From positions 17,375 to 81,374 of the forward strand of contig DYLF01000004.1 of NCBI GenBank assembly GCA_020722205.1: 64,000 nucleotides of DNA, read 5' to 3'. The notes under the pieces were generated by a model. The model saw only the letters and a list, made by a program, of their open reading frames with translations. It did not search any database and was not told the origin of the DNA. Positions within the stretch are counted from its first letter, which is position 1; every line of letters begins with the position of its first letter. The position numbers were made by a program, and so were the translations under genes. This DNA comes from Desulfobacca acetoxidans (lineage in GTDB: Bacteria; Desulfobacterota; Desulfobaccia; Desulfobaccales; 0-14-0-80-60-11). Below, piece by piece: positions 18,216 through 28,281 of this stretch.

Positions 18216-18863
18216 ATGCGCATGTTCAAACGGCTATTGGAAATATTTCGCAGAGAGCGCAGCATCCATCAGGCCAGCCTCCTCTTTGAGTTCGGCCCTC
18301 GGGACAAGGTCGCATTCACTTCAGTTTGGCACTACGTCCAGGATGAGGATCCACAGGCGGTTATTCTGGCCCTCTTCTTTTATGCCCGCATACTCTACGA
18401 ATTGGCTGAACGCAACAAGGCCCAGGTAGCCAGAGAATTGATCTCCTATCTGGACCACGTGAGCCGACGCATCCTGAATGCTGGGGGAGGGCCGGGACGG
18501 TTGCGCTTGCACCTGGGCGACTTAATGGTGGTGACCGAACTAGACGCCGCAGCCGAACGGCGGTATCAAGTTGAGTTTTATAAATTGCCGGACGGCAGGT
18601 ATCGTTTGGATTTTCAGGGCAGCCTGGGCAAGGAAAGTTTCTATCTGCCAGCCATTTTCCTGGTTTTTCTGAGTTCCTGTCTGGAGCGCTTGGGAGATGC
18701 GCCGATAAAGAAGCTGGCGCAGGGTATCAGCCGGCTGCATGGCTACTATCGTTATCGCCGGGATTTTTGGGAAGGTTCGGCCCTGACTGCCGGCCCGCTT
18801 TTTGCCCTGGGCACAGAAAAATTGGAGCCTGAGGAAGCTCCATCTGAGCCTTGCGAAGGCTAG
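18216..18863 (+). CDS. hypothetical protein, translationally coupled to the zinc-ribbon gene
   Basis: The ATG lies 2 nt after the upstream TGA. 215 aa with no recognisable motif. Confidence 0.55.
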   Translation: MRMFKRLLEIFRRERSIHQASLLFEFGPRDKVAFTSVWHYVQDEDPQAVILALFFYARILYELAERNKAQVARELISYLDHVSRRILNAGGGPGRLRLHLGDLMVVTELDAAAERRYQVEFYKLPDGRYRLDFQGSLGKESFYLPAIFLVFLSSCLERLGDAPIKKLAQGISRLHGYYRYRRDFWEGSALTAGPLFALGTEKLEPEEAPSEPCEG

Positions 18864-19016
18864 CAAGGGCTTAATCGCCCACCGGAACACGCCCACCCAT
18901 ATCCGCCTCCTTATCTTGTTCCCGTTTCACTTCTTTTCCTTCTTTTGACGGTGCGGGATTAAGCAGCGATGGGACAGGGGGAATTTACGAATTAATATTA
19001 TGCTTTAATATTAGGG

Positions 19017-19943
19017 TCAGGCTGGTTCCAGATCGTCCTCATCATCCTCATCGTCGTCGTCTTCCGGGAGGATGCGTAAGGAGCTGGACTTCAGGCGTTT
19101 TACGGGCCTGGCCGACTTTTCCTCCCGATAGCCATTGTGCTTTTTCACCAACTCCAGGTAGCGGAGGACATCGTATTCTACCGCTTCGTACTGACGTCTG
19201 ACCTTGCCACCCCCCAGGTAGCTGTGCACCAGGAGCTTCTGAAAGGGGACAAAACCAACGTCAATTTCAGCGGCCAGGTCATGGCTCATAAAGTTGGGGG
19301 TACGGCCGTCAGGCAGCAATTCAGGAATGGGGTCGTTGGTAAATTCCTGGGCATGGTAGAGACCCAAAAGGTGGCCCAGTTCATGAATAATAAGGTTGCC
19401 CAGCCATCTGTCTTGCATAGTGGGGTCATGGGAGGCCTCACTTAACACCGTCTGTTGAAAGCTCGGAAAAGATAAGTGGCTGACGGACAGATGGAGATGA
19501 CTAAAGGCCATCTTCCCCTGGCAGGCTTTGCGGAGGCGCGGTTGAAAGGGGGGCTCCACTCGGAAGGCTTCAAAGGTGCGGGCCAAGAATTCCTGCTGGG
19601 TGAGGACTTCCAGGCGCAAGCGTCTGGTCGGCGCCAGCGGCCCCGGCGCCTCCCGGCCGGTAATCTGCACGAGTTTGACGCCAAGATTGAAGTAGAACTT
19701 CTCCACTCGGGCCCACACTTGAGGCAGCCTCTTGAGAAAAGCGCCGAGCTCCGGCTGGGGAGAGATATAAAGCTCCACCTCCACCGTCTTGGGGGAGATA
19801 TCCACCGCGCCCAAATCAGCCAGGGAGAAGAGAGCGGCTTCCTCCGGCGGCTTGAGTTCCAGGGCTGTGGCCAACGGCGTCAACAACAGCAAAAACACCA
19901 AGCCACAAGCGCTCCCGAAAAAAAGAAGCAATAATTTTTTCAT
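19017..19943 (-). CDS. secreted metzincin-type zinc metalloprotease with a poly-acidic C-terminus
   Basis: Signal peptide 'MKKLLLLFFGSACGLVFLLLL', an extended zinc motif 'HELGHLLGLYH' (HExxHxxGxxH), a downstream 'NFMSH' Met-turn candidate and the tail 'EDDDDEDDEDDLEPA'. Confidence 0.7.
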   Translation of the reverse strand: MKKLLLLFFGSACGLVFLLLLTPLATALELKPPEEAALFSLADLGAVDISPKTVEVELYISPQPELGAFLKRLPQVWARVEKFYFNLGVKLVQITGREAPGPLAPTRRLRLEVLTQQEFLARTFEAFRVEPPFQPRLRKACQGKMAFSHLHLSVSHLSFPSFQQTVLSEASHDPTMQDRWLGNLIIHELGHLLGLYHAQEFTNDPIPELLPDGRTPNFMSHDLAAEIDVGFVPFQKLLVHSYLGGGKVRRQYEAVEYDVLRYLELVKKHNGYREEKSARPVKRLKSSSLRILPEDDDDEDDEDDLEPA

Positions 19944-20053
19944 AAGGCGCCTTGTTTTTTTAGAAATTTCGGTTAAATTTACAAATTTATAATTATCAAA
20001 AGGTTGGCTCGCAAAGGGCCTCTATGGCTGAATAGAGAAAAGGAGTAACCATC

Positions 20054-20245
20054 ATGGCATATGCCTGCGAGATCTGCGGCAAACAGCCCCGGGTGGGCAA
20101 TAACGTCAGTCACGCCAACAACCATACTAAGCGGCGCTGGAAGCCCAATCTGCGGCGGGTGCGGGTGGTGCAAGAGGGGAGCATCCGCTACCTGCGGGTC
20201 TGCACCCGCTGTCTGCGCTCCGGCTTGGTTGCCAAACCTGCCTGA
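20054..20245 (+). CDS. rpmB: 50S ribosomal protein L28 (Cys-containing form)
   Basis: 'CEICGKQPRVGNNVSHANNHTKRRWKPNL...VCTRCLRSG'. AAAGGAG Shine-Dalgarno sequence upstream. Confidence 0.95.
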   Translation: MAYACEICGKQPRVGNNVSHANNHTKRRWKPNLRRVRVVQEGSIRYLRVCTRCLRSGLVAKPA

Positions 20246-20358
20246 TTCAGTAAGCAGTATTCAGTGGCCATTGCTCAATTAACAATTAAGATAATGCCTT
20301 TTCGCGTCCGGCTGAAAGATTACTGTTTACAAAAAACTAGCCACCGCATCCTGTTCAC

Positions 20359-22509
20359 TTACGCGGTGACCCGCCTGATAGAAATCACATCCTTGAGTCT
20401 CTTGATGGCTGCGAAGACCCGGTCCAGGTGTTGCTGGTCAGACACCTGAATGGTAAAGTCGGCGATGCCCCGCTGGTCGGCCGTGGTTTCCACCGAGGCT
20501 CGGGTGACGTTGACTTCCGCCATCTTTAAAGCGCTGGTGATATCGGCCAACAGTCCCGGTTTATCCACCGTAATCAAGCGAACCCGCACCGGATAGAGTT
20601 TGTGCTGTTGCCCGTCCCATTCCGCTGGGATCTGCCGGAAGGATTCGGTGCGGGAGAGGTGGGGACAATCAGTCCGGTGTATGCTGACTCCTTTACCCCG
20701 CGTGATATAGCCAATGATGGGATCGCCGGGGATGGGCTGGCAGCAGTTGGCCAGCCTGATCAATATACCGTCCAGATCCTTGATGCGGATGGGACCCTGA
20801 TCTTTTTCCGGTCGGCTGGGGGGTTCGACGGGGGGCGTTTCCTCTTCCGGCGCCGGCACCCTGCCCCGCAGAATGCGTCCCACCACCTGGCCGGCGGACA
20901 ACTTGCCATGGCCCACCGCCTCAAAGAGATCATCCGGCCGCAGCAGGGAAAATTCCTGGCAGGCCTTTTTCAGGTCTTCCCCTTCCTTTAGCATCTTCTG
21001 CAGGCTGGCGCCGCTCTTGCGCAATTCCCGTTCCAGGAGTTCCTTGCCCAAGGCAATGCTCTGCTCCCGCTCCGCAGCCTTGAGCCACTGCTTGATTTTG
21101 GTCCGTGCCTTGGAAGTCTTGACAAACTGGAGCCAGTCGCGGTTGGGGTGTTGATGAGGGGAGGTTATAATCTCCACGGTATCGCCGGTCTGGAGTTCAT
21201 GCCGTAGAGGCACCAGGCGGCCGTTCACCTTGGCCCCGGTACAGGTATTGCCCACCTCCGAGTGAATGGCGTAAGCAAAATCCAAAGGGGTTGCTCCGCG
21301 AGGCAGCTCCTTTACCTCCCCCTGGGGGGTAAAGACATAGACTTCTTCAGGATACAGCTCCAGGCGCATGCCCTCCAGGAGCTCTTCCGGCGTTCTCAAC
21401 TCCTTTTGGAGATCCACCATCTGGCGGAGCCAGGCAAAGCGCTGGGCATCCTCCTTCTTGAAGGGACACTTTTCTTTGTAACTCCAGTGGGCCGCAATGC
21501 CTTCTTCCGCCAGGTGGTGCATCTCATGGGTGCGGATCTGGACTTCCATGCGAGAACCCTCGGGGCCGATCACCGTGGTATGGATGGACTGATAGAGATT
21601 GGTCTTGGGCAGGCCGATGTAATCCTTCAGGCGGCCGGGCACCGGGCGGAAGTGGTGGTGGATGATGCCCAGAGCCTCATAGCATTCCCCCACCGTGTTC
21701 AGGATAATACGAAAGGCCAGGAGATCATAGAGTTCATCTAGGGTGATCTGCTGGGTTTGAAGCTTGCGGAAGATGCTGTAAAAATGTTTGCGGCGGCCGC
21801 TGACCTCCCCCTGGAGACCATGTTCTGCCAGCTTTTGGCGGAGCAGATCACAGACTTCCCGGATATATTTTTCCCGCTCCCCTTTTTTGCGCAACAGACT
21901 CTCCTGAATCTGCTGGTAAGCTTCCGGTTCGAGGTAATAGAAGGCCAGGTCTTCCAGCTCTGCTTTGAGACGGAACATGCCCAGTCTTCCGGCCAGAGGG
22001 GCATAAATATCCATGGTCTCCTGGGCGGTGCGCTTTTGCTGCTCGGGATTCATGTAGCCCAGGGTGCGCATGTTGTGCACCCGGTCGGCCAGCTTTACCA
22101 GGAGCACCCGGATGTCGTGGGCCATGGCCAGCACCATCTTGCGGATGTACTCGGCCTGTTGAGTGGTTTTATCTCCAAAGCTCAGCTGACCGATACGGGT
22201 GATGCCATTGACGATGTCGGTAACCTCTTCTCCGAAATATTCGTCCAGCTCATCCAGGGTGGTGTCGGTGTCTTCCACGGTATCGTGCAGGAGACCGCAG
22301 GAGACGGTGACGGGCCCCAGACCCATGCGGGCTAACAGGTAGGCGACCTCCAGAGGGTGAGAAAGGTAGGGTTCACCGGAAAGGCGCATCTGCCCTTCGT
22401 GGACCTTGGCGGAAAAGACATAGGCTTTCTTAATGAGGCTGGTATCCGCTTCCGGATGGTGCTTGAGAACTTCTTCTTCAATATCCTGAAGGCGGATGAT
22501 TCTGGTCAT
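20359..22509 (-). CDS. relA: bifunctional (p)ppGpp synthetase/hydrolase (Rel/SpoT)
   Basis: 716 aa with an HD hydrolase domain ('HPLEVAYLLA...LLHDTVEDT'), a RelA/SpoT synthetase domain, TGS and a C-terminal ACT domain. Confidence 0.95.
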   Translation of the reverse strand: MTRIIRLQDIEEEVLKHHPEADTSLIKKAYVFSAKVHEGQMRLSGEPYLSHPLEVAYLLARMGLGPVTVSCGLLHDTVEDTDTTLDELDEYFGEEVTDIVNGITRIGQLSFGDKTTQQAEYIRKMVLAMAHDIRVLLVKLADRVHNMRTLGYMNPEQQKRTAQETMDIYAPLAGRLGMFRLKAELEDLAFYYLEPEAYQQIQESLLRKKGEREKYIREVCDLLRQKLAEHGLQGEVSGRRKHFYSIFRKLQTQQITLDELYDLLAFRIILNTVGECYEALGIIHHHFRPVPGRLKDYIGLPKTNLYQSIHTTVIGPEGSRMEVQIRTHEMHHLAEEGIAAHWSYKEKCPFKKEDAQRFAWLRQMVDLQKELRTPEELLEGMRLELYPEEVYVFTPQGEVKELPRGATPLDFAYAIHSEVGNTCTGAKVNGRLVPLRHELQTGDTVEIITSPHQHPNRDWLQFVKTSKARTKIKQWLKAAEREQSIALGKELLERELRKSGASLQKMLKEGEDLKKACQEFSLLRPDDLFEAVGHGKLSAGQVVGRILRGRVPAPEEETPPVEPPSRPEKDQGPIRIKDLDGILIRLANCCQPIPGDPIIGYITRGKGVSIHRTDCPHLSRTESFRQIPAEWDGQQHKLYPVRVRLITVDKPGLLADITSALKMAEVNVTRASVETTADQRGIADFTIQVSDQQHLDRVFAAIKRLKDVISIRRVTA

Positions 22510-22567
22510 TAGAGGTGAGCCGTGCTCCGTAAGCTATTGAAAATATCTTTAGTCTGCTGGGGTTTCA

Positions 22568-24283
22568 TTAAGCGGATAATTCCCTTGCCATGGTTTCCAG
22601 CAGATATTCCACTATCTGATCGATTGGCAACAGGTTGGTTTTTCTGTCGCGGCGGTGGCGTACCTCCACCTGGCCGGTGGCCAGGGTCTTGGGCCCCACC
22701 ACCACCCGCAAGGGGATACCCAAGAGGTCTGCGTCCTTGAATTTGACGCCTGGCCGTTCATCCCGGTCGTCCAGCAGCACCTCCAGGCCCGCCTCTTCCA
22801 TTTTTTGGTGCAGCCGGTAAACTGTTTCCCGGGTAGGTTCATCAAACAGGCTGATAGGGATGAGGCTAACCTGGAAAGGAGCCAAGGCCATGGGCCAGAT
22901 GATGCCGTCCTCGTCGTGCCCTTGTTCAATAGCCGCCGCCATGATACGGCTGACGCCAATGCCGTAGCAGCCCATATAGAGATAGCGCTCCTGGCCGTTG
23001 GCATCCAAAAAAGTGGCTTTCAGGGCTTGAGAGTATTTTAGCCCCAGCTTGAAGATATGGCCCACCTCAATGCCCCTGAGCAGGTTAATTGCCGCACCGC
23101 ACCGGGGGCAAGGGTCTTGGGCCGTCACCTGGCGCAGGTCGGCCACCTGGTTGACGGACACATCCCGCGTAAGGTTCACTCCGACGAGATGATGCTGATC
23201 CTGATTGGCGCCGGTGATCATGGCAGCCATCCCAGCCACGGCGTAGTCGGCGTAAATGGGCAACCTTAAACCTATCGGCCCACTGAAGCCCACCTCGGCT
23301 CCGGTCAACTCCTTGACCCGCTCAGCGCTGGCCAACACCAAGTCCGTCACCCTGAGCAGGTTTTTCAACTTAACTTCGTTGACTTCGTGATCGCCGCGCA
23401 AAAGCACAGCCACCGGGCCTTCCTCAGTCTCGTAGATCAGGGTCTTGACGATTTCCTGGGGAGTGGCTCTGAAGAAGGCCGTCACTTCCTCCACGGTGCG
23501 CGTTCCGGGGGTGTGCACCAGCTCCCAGCGCTGCTTAGGGGCAGGGGCCGGGTTGCCTGCGGGCGGGAGGCACTCGGCTTTTTCCAGGTTGGCGGCATAG
23601 TCGCAGGCGGTGCAGGAGACCAGCACGTCCTCGCCGGTGTCAGTCAACACCATGAATTCGTGGGAAAAGCTACCGCCGATGGGGCCGGTGTCAGCCTCCA
23701 CCACCTTGAAGTTGAGGCCGCAGCGCGTAAAGATGCGTTGGTAAGCTTGGTACATCTGACCATATCCCACTTCGGCGTCAGCCTCATCGGCGTGGAAACT
23801 GTAGGCGTCCTTCATGATGAATTCCCGCCCCCGGATCAGCCCGAAGCGGGGACGGATTTCATCCCGAAACTTAGTCTGAATCTGATAGAGGTTAAGGGGA
23901 AGTTGCCGGTAGGAATGCACCTCTTTGCGCACCAGATCGGTGATGACTTCTTCATGGGTGGGGCCGAAGCAGCCATCCCGGCCATGGCGGTCCTTGAAGC
24001 GCAGCAGTTCTTTGCCATAAACTTGCCAGCGGCCCGATTCCTGCCAGAGTTCGGCCGGCTGCACCGCCGGCAACAGCACTTCCTGGGCTCCGGCCCGGTT
24101 CATCTCCTGCCGCACGATATTTTCCACCTTGCGTAGCACCCTGAGACCCAAGGGCAGGTAATTGTAAATCCCGGCCGCCACCTTGCGCACCATGCCGGCC
24201 CGGAAGAGCAGGCGATGAGAGACGGCTTCAGCCTCCGCCGGGTTTTCCTTGAGGGTGGGAATGAGAAGTTTGGAAAATAGCAT
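22568..24283 (-). CDS. proS: prolyl-tRNA synthetase (bacterial type with INS editing domain)
   Basis: 571 aa, with 'SHRLLFRAGMVRKVAAGIYNYLPLGLRVLRKVENIVR' and class II motifs. Confidence 0.95.
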   Translation of the reverse strand: MLFSKLLIPTLKENPAEAEAVSHRLLFRAGMVRKVAAGIYNYLPLGLRVLRKVENIVRQEMNRAGAQEVLLPAVQPAELWQESGRWQVYGKELLRFKDRHGRDGCFGPTHEEVITDLVRKEVHSYRQLPLNLYQIQTKFRDEIRPRFGLIRGREFIMKDAYSFHADEADAEVGYGQMYQAYQRIFTRCGLNFKVVEADTGPIGGSFSHEFMVLTDTGEDVLVSCTACDYAANLEKAECLPPAGNPAPAPKQRWELVHTPGTRTVEEVTAFFRATPQEIVKTLIYETEEGPVAVLLRGDHEVNEVKLKNLLRVTDLVLASAERVKELTGAEVGFSGPIGLRLPIYADYAVAGMAAMITGANQDQHHLVGVNLTRDVSVNQVADLRQVTAQDPCPRCGAAINLLRGIEVGHIFKLGLKYSQALKATFLDANGQERYLYMGCYGIGVSRIMAAAIEQGHDEDGIIWPMALAPFQVSLIPISLFDEPTRETVYRLHQKMEEAGLEVLLDDRDERPGVKFKDADLLGIPLRVVVGPKTLATGQVEVRHRRDRKTNLLPIDQIVEYLLETMARELSA

Positions 24284-24550
24284 AGTTAATCCTCAAATGA
24301 TATTTTATCACAATTTTTTGAGGGGCTTAAGGAAAAGATTAGTTAGTTTCCGGATAAGAGTCCTGCCCGGATTTAAGTGCGGCCATCAAGATGCTGGCAT
24401 AAGGGAGACTTCCCCGGCAGGGCGCTGATGATCCCTTCCGGCGCCAATAGGGCCGGGACGTCAATAGCCAGACCTAAGAAAACCAGAAGAGCAGGATATT
24501 CTTTAAATAATTCAAATGCTTGTCTGGTATTACGATGTTACTCCCTGGGG

Positions 24551-26089
24551 CTACAGGATATCATAGCGGAAAAAGAGGCGTTTTATAGGGGCCAGGATTT
24601 TCCTCAGCATAATGACCACCCAACCCCGGCGTTTGAATGGAAAATACGGGTCCATGGCGGTCAGCCCCGAGAACCACCAGTCGCTGAAGGCGTAAGCCTC
24701 TTCGGCGATATCCAGTCCCTGGATAAGCACCTCGCTGACGTTCTCCCAAGGTTCATACTGTGATTGATCTCCCACCCAGTTGATTTCCGGCTTGCCGAAG
24801 GCCTCCACCGCCAGGGGTAGAAAACGGCCCACCTTGGGATTATCAGGGTCAAGGCCCATCTTTTTTGCCCCCACCCAGTCCACCGCCAAGAGGTTCTCCC
24901 CCCCGATAATGGTTTTGGTGAGCTTGGGTTGCGGGCAGGTGATGACCCCGAATTGGCCGTCGGCGCTTACGTAGGCGTCGATGAGGCCGAAGTGCACCGG
25001 GAAGTGTTTCAGAGTTTCGATGGTGGGCCAGTCGTATTCCCGTTTGGTGTGATATTCCTTGAGCTTGTTCTGCATGGGCAGGGTACCGTAGATATTCTTC
25101 AAGGTAAGGGTATAGTGGCAGAAGGTGTGGGTCTTGTTTTTGGCGAAGGAGATGCGGAAGTCCGCATCCCGCCAGGTAGGGCCGACAAAGTGCTGGCCTA
25201 ACCGGCCGCCGTAGTCATAGGGCGCCATTTCTTCGGTGAGGTCCACCAGGCGATAGTTTTTATGGGTGGAGTAGCCCACGTGTTCAGCTACCTTCAGCAC
25301 TTCCCGGTTCTCATAGTAATTGCCATAAGTGCTCTGCGACTCCACCACTGCGATATTGCTGAAACCCAGGGCCGCGATGCGGTCGATCAGGTGTTCCACC
25401 AGCTCTGGATCGGTGTAAGTGGAGATGTCTTTTTGGGAATGGGTGAACATGAAGTTGGGCTTGATGACTACGGCAAAAGTCTCCCGGGATTTGCCGGAAT
25501 CCTGGCAACGCTTCTCCAGGAGGTCGAAGAAGCCGGTTTTTGCCAACACCTGATCCAGGAGGTCAAATTTATCGTCTCCCTTGAGGACCACCACAGTGGT
25601 GGGGCCGGTGCTCATGTGGGTTTTGGGGGCTTGGCGCAGGAGGGCGGTTTGTGCCGCGCAGAAGGCCCGCTTGGCCCTGATCAGAAGAAACAGGGTAAGC
25701 CAGAAGATGCCGCCGTCCACGAAAAATATGACCAGGTAAGAAAGATATCTGGCAGAGAAATAGTAGAGGCAGATGGCCGACATAGCGGAGGAAGCTTTAG
25801 AGATCAACAAGGGGATGACATAGCCCTGGTTTTTTCTGACGTTCATCTGAGCCTTGTAAGACAGGGCGGCGATAGTCATCATCATGGAAAAGGTCAGAGA
25901 CAGCCAAAATTTTTCCACTGATAGAGGGGTTTCCGGAAGAGAAGGGGTGAGGAGCCGGGAGAAAAGGTTAATGAACTTGAGAACCAGACCCGGTGCCAGG
26001 AAAAAGATGAACCCGACGCTCAGATAAGTTAGGGCGCTGATGAGCAGAAACTGTCTAAAGAGCCTTTCTTCTCTGGTTAAACTGATCAT
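24551..26089 (-). CDS. DUF362-domain protein fused to an N-terminal polytopic membrane domain
   Basis: The C-terminal ~330 aa match my recollection of DUF362 ('VVVLKGDD...AVVIKPNFMF...'), and the N-terminal ~165 aa form 4-5 TM helices. I prefer the ATG at 26089 (AAAGGA 7 nt upstream) over the TTG at 26128 listed in the ORF track. Confidence 0.6.
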   Translation of the reverse strand: MISLTREERLFRQFLLISALTYLSVGFIFFLAPGLVLKFINLFSRLLTPSLPETPLSVEKFWLSLTFSMMMTIAALSYKAQMNVRKNQGYVIPLLISKASSAMSAICLYYFSARYLSYLVIFFVDGGIFWLTLFLLIRAKRAFCAAQTALLRQAPKTHMSTGPTTVVVLKGDDKFDLLDQVLAKTGFFDLLEKRCQDSGKSRETFAVVIKPNFMFTHSQKDISTYTDPELVEHLIDRIAALGFSNIAVVESQSTYGNYYENREVLKVAEHVGYSTHKNYRLVDLTEEMAPYDYGGRLGQHFVGPTWRDADFRISFAKNKTHTFCHYTLTLKNIYGTLPMQNKLKEYHTKREYDWPTIETLKHFPVHFGLIDAYVSADGQFGVITCPQPKLTKTIIGGENLLAVDWVGAKKMGLDPDNPKVGRFLPLAVEAFGKPEINWVGDQSQYEPWENVSEVLIQGLDIAEEAYAFSDWWFSGLTAMDPYFPFKRRGWVVIMLRKILAPIKRLFFRYDIL

Positions 26090-26348
26090 GACGCATCCTT
26101 TCTTGGGTCCGGAAAGATTAAAGTTCAAACTATATAATTAGAGTGGCATGGTTCAGTGTTTAGGAGACCAGAAAATTTGATTTTTAACGAGATTATCAAA
26201 GTTTGGAGATAAGGGTTTAAAGTTGGGCCGGCAGGTATTGGTTTGACCTTAAAGCCTAAACATGGAGATACTAGGTGCCTGGGCTATAGGTCTGAAAGAA
26301 GACGAAACTCCCCCGGCCAAGTAGGTTATGTGCTGTAAACTATGAAGA

Positions 26349-27104
26349 TTATGAGAGGGTATACGCCTCCAAAGGTTCTCCGGCCAGCAAGGCTGACAGG
26401 GCATATTGTCCCAGAATCTCCAGAGGCCAACAGGCGGCCACCAGATAAAACGGCGGGTAATGCGGGTCATAAGGGAAGGTCCACACGTTGCTTGAGACCG
26501 AGCCCAGAAACTCGCTGAGGTTTCCCACAATCCAGGCGGTGAGCACCAAGCCGGCGAAGAGGGGAAAGTCCATGCGGCTGGCCGACACCACACCGATTCC
26601 CAAGAGCACGGCATAGAAGAGCCAGAAAAGAGGGCCGACTCCCCCCCAATATTTTCCCAGAGTCAACGGGATTAATAGAAAGATAAGGAAGACGATGACA
26701 GGGGGGAACCAACGGGGGAAAATAACCTGCAGCTTCCTCAGCCTTCGGATGATGAGACGGGTGGCCAGGGTGAAAGCGGCCAAACCTCCCAACACCCAAG
26801 CCCACACCCCAAACAGGTAGAACCGGTTGAGGCCATGATAAATCCACAGTCCATAAGTTATGCCATTGGATTCTTTAATGTATTCCATAACAAAGATAGA
26901 GAGCAGGAGCGCCAGCAGGCGGTTGGTGGTGAGGAAGGAAGCCAGCCAGAAAGCCAGGGCAAAGCCGACGCTGAGGGAAAGCCAGAAAAGGAAGGAGATT
27001 TTTGGCAAATAACCCTCAAAGTGGGCGGCAAAGAAGGTGGCGAGGAGCAACAGTGACACAATCAAGTAATTCTGCCGTGGTCGGACGACGCTCTCAGGGG
27101 ACAT
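26349..27104 (-). CDS. polytopic membrane protein, function unknown
   Basis: 251 aa with about 7 hydrophobic helices and no motif I recognise. Confidence 0.55.
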   Translation of the reverse strand: MSPESVVRPRQNYLIVSLLLLATFFAAHFEGYLPKISFLFWLSLSVGFALAFWLASFLTTNRLLALLLSIFVMEYIKESNGITYGLWIYHGLNRFYLFGVWAWVLGGLAAFTLATRLIIRRLRKLQVIFPRWFPPVIVFLIFLLIPLTLGKYWGGVGPLFWLFYAVLLGIGVVSASRMDFPLFAGLVLTAWIVGNLSEFLGSVSSNVWTFPYDPHYPPFYLVAACWPLEILGQYALSALLAGEPLEAYTLS

Positions 27105-27352
27105 GCGAAAGTTCTTTCGATAAAAACATCCCTCAGGATTCCAGGTGTTCTGAAAGGACGGTGAGACCTTGCCGGTCCGGTAAGCGGGGCATGCCCCACT
27201 TCCTTAAATCATGGCAGTCAGATAATAGTACCATGTTAGTTACCTCCTCGGCGTATGTCAAGGAAAAGCGAGGTAGAATGAAGGGTTGAGAGGCAAGCTC
27301 GAGAGGAGAAGGGAGTCGGCGGTCCCCAGGGTTTTCCTCGGGTTTACCAAGT

Positions 27353-28255
27353 TTATGTACTGAGTAATAATACGCTGATGAGGGTGGCCGCGCCCAAGAG
27401 GAGGCCGATGATGCCGTTGAGGGTAAAGAAGGCGTGGTTCAAGCGGGAAAGGTCGTGGGGGGACAGGAGTCTATGTTCGCCCCAGAGGATGGCGCCCGCG
27501 GTCAGGGCGGCGCCATAGTAAAGCCATCCCAAGCCGGCCAGCCAGCCTGTCAGGAGGAAACCCAAAGCGGCTCCCAGGTGTAATATTTTAGCTACCTTTA
27601 GGGATTGTTGCCGGCCCCAGCGGCAGGGGATGGAATGGAGCCCGACTCGGCGGTCAAACTTCTCGTCCTGTAAGGCGTAGAGGATGTCGAAGCCAGCTAC
27701 CCATAAGACCACGGCTACTCCCAGGAACAGGGGGGTAACGGCCATCTTGCCGGTTACGGCCAACCAACCGGCCATCGGGGCCAAGGCGAGAGCGGCTCCC
27801 AGAAAGAAGTGGGAGGTCCAGGTAAAGCGTTTGGTGAAGGAATAAAACAACACCACCGCTAAGGCCAGGGGGGAAAGGTACAGACAGAAGCGGTTGAGGT
27901 TGGACGTAGCCCAGACAAACATCAGGGCGCTGAGGGCGATAAAAAGGAGGGTGGACTTCCGGCTGATGAGTCCTCTGGGCAAAGCTCTATCCTGGGTGCG
28001 GGGGTTTAAGGCGTCCACGTCGGCGTCCACCAGGCGGTTAAATGCCATGGCGGCGCTCCTGGCTCCCACCATGGCCACCAGGATGAAGAAGGCCTGTCGC
28101 CAGCTGGGCAGCCCCCTGGCTCCCAGCAGCGCTCCCATGAAGGCAAAAGGAAGGGCGAACACCGTGTGTTCAATCTTGATCATCTCCAGGAAGATGCCAG
28201 CCTTCCGGAGAAATGCGACAAGGTAGCGGGTAATCATTTTTATCCCAGAGTACAC
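27353..28255 (-). CDS. UbiA-family aromatic prenyltransferase (futalosine-route MqnP-like)
   Basis: 'NRLVDADVDALNPRTQDRALP' Asp-rich motif, a second 'YALQDEKFD' motif and 8-9 TM helices. Clustered with ubiX/ubiD-like and mqn genes. Confidence 0.8.
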   Translation of the reverse strand: MYSGIKMITRYLVAFLRKAGIFLEMIKIEHTVFALPFAFMGALLGARGLPSWRQAFFILVAMVGARSAAMAFNRLVDADVDALNPRTQDRALPRGLISRKSTLLFIALSALMFVWATSNLNRFCLYLSPLALAVVLFYSFTKRFTWTSHFFLGAALALAPMAGWLAVTGKMAVTPLFLGVAVVLWVAGFDILYALQDEKFDRRVGLHSIPCRWGRQQSLKVAKILHLGAALGFLLTGWLAGLGWLYYGAALTAGAILWGEHRLLSPHDLSRLNHAFFTLNGIIGLLLGAATLISVLLLST

Positions 28256-28281
28256 AGATTAAAAAGAAAAAAATCAGCGGA

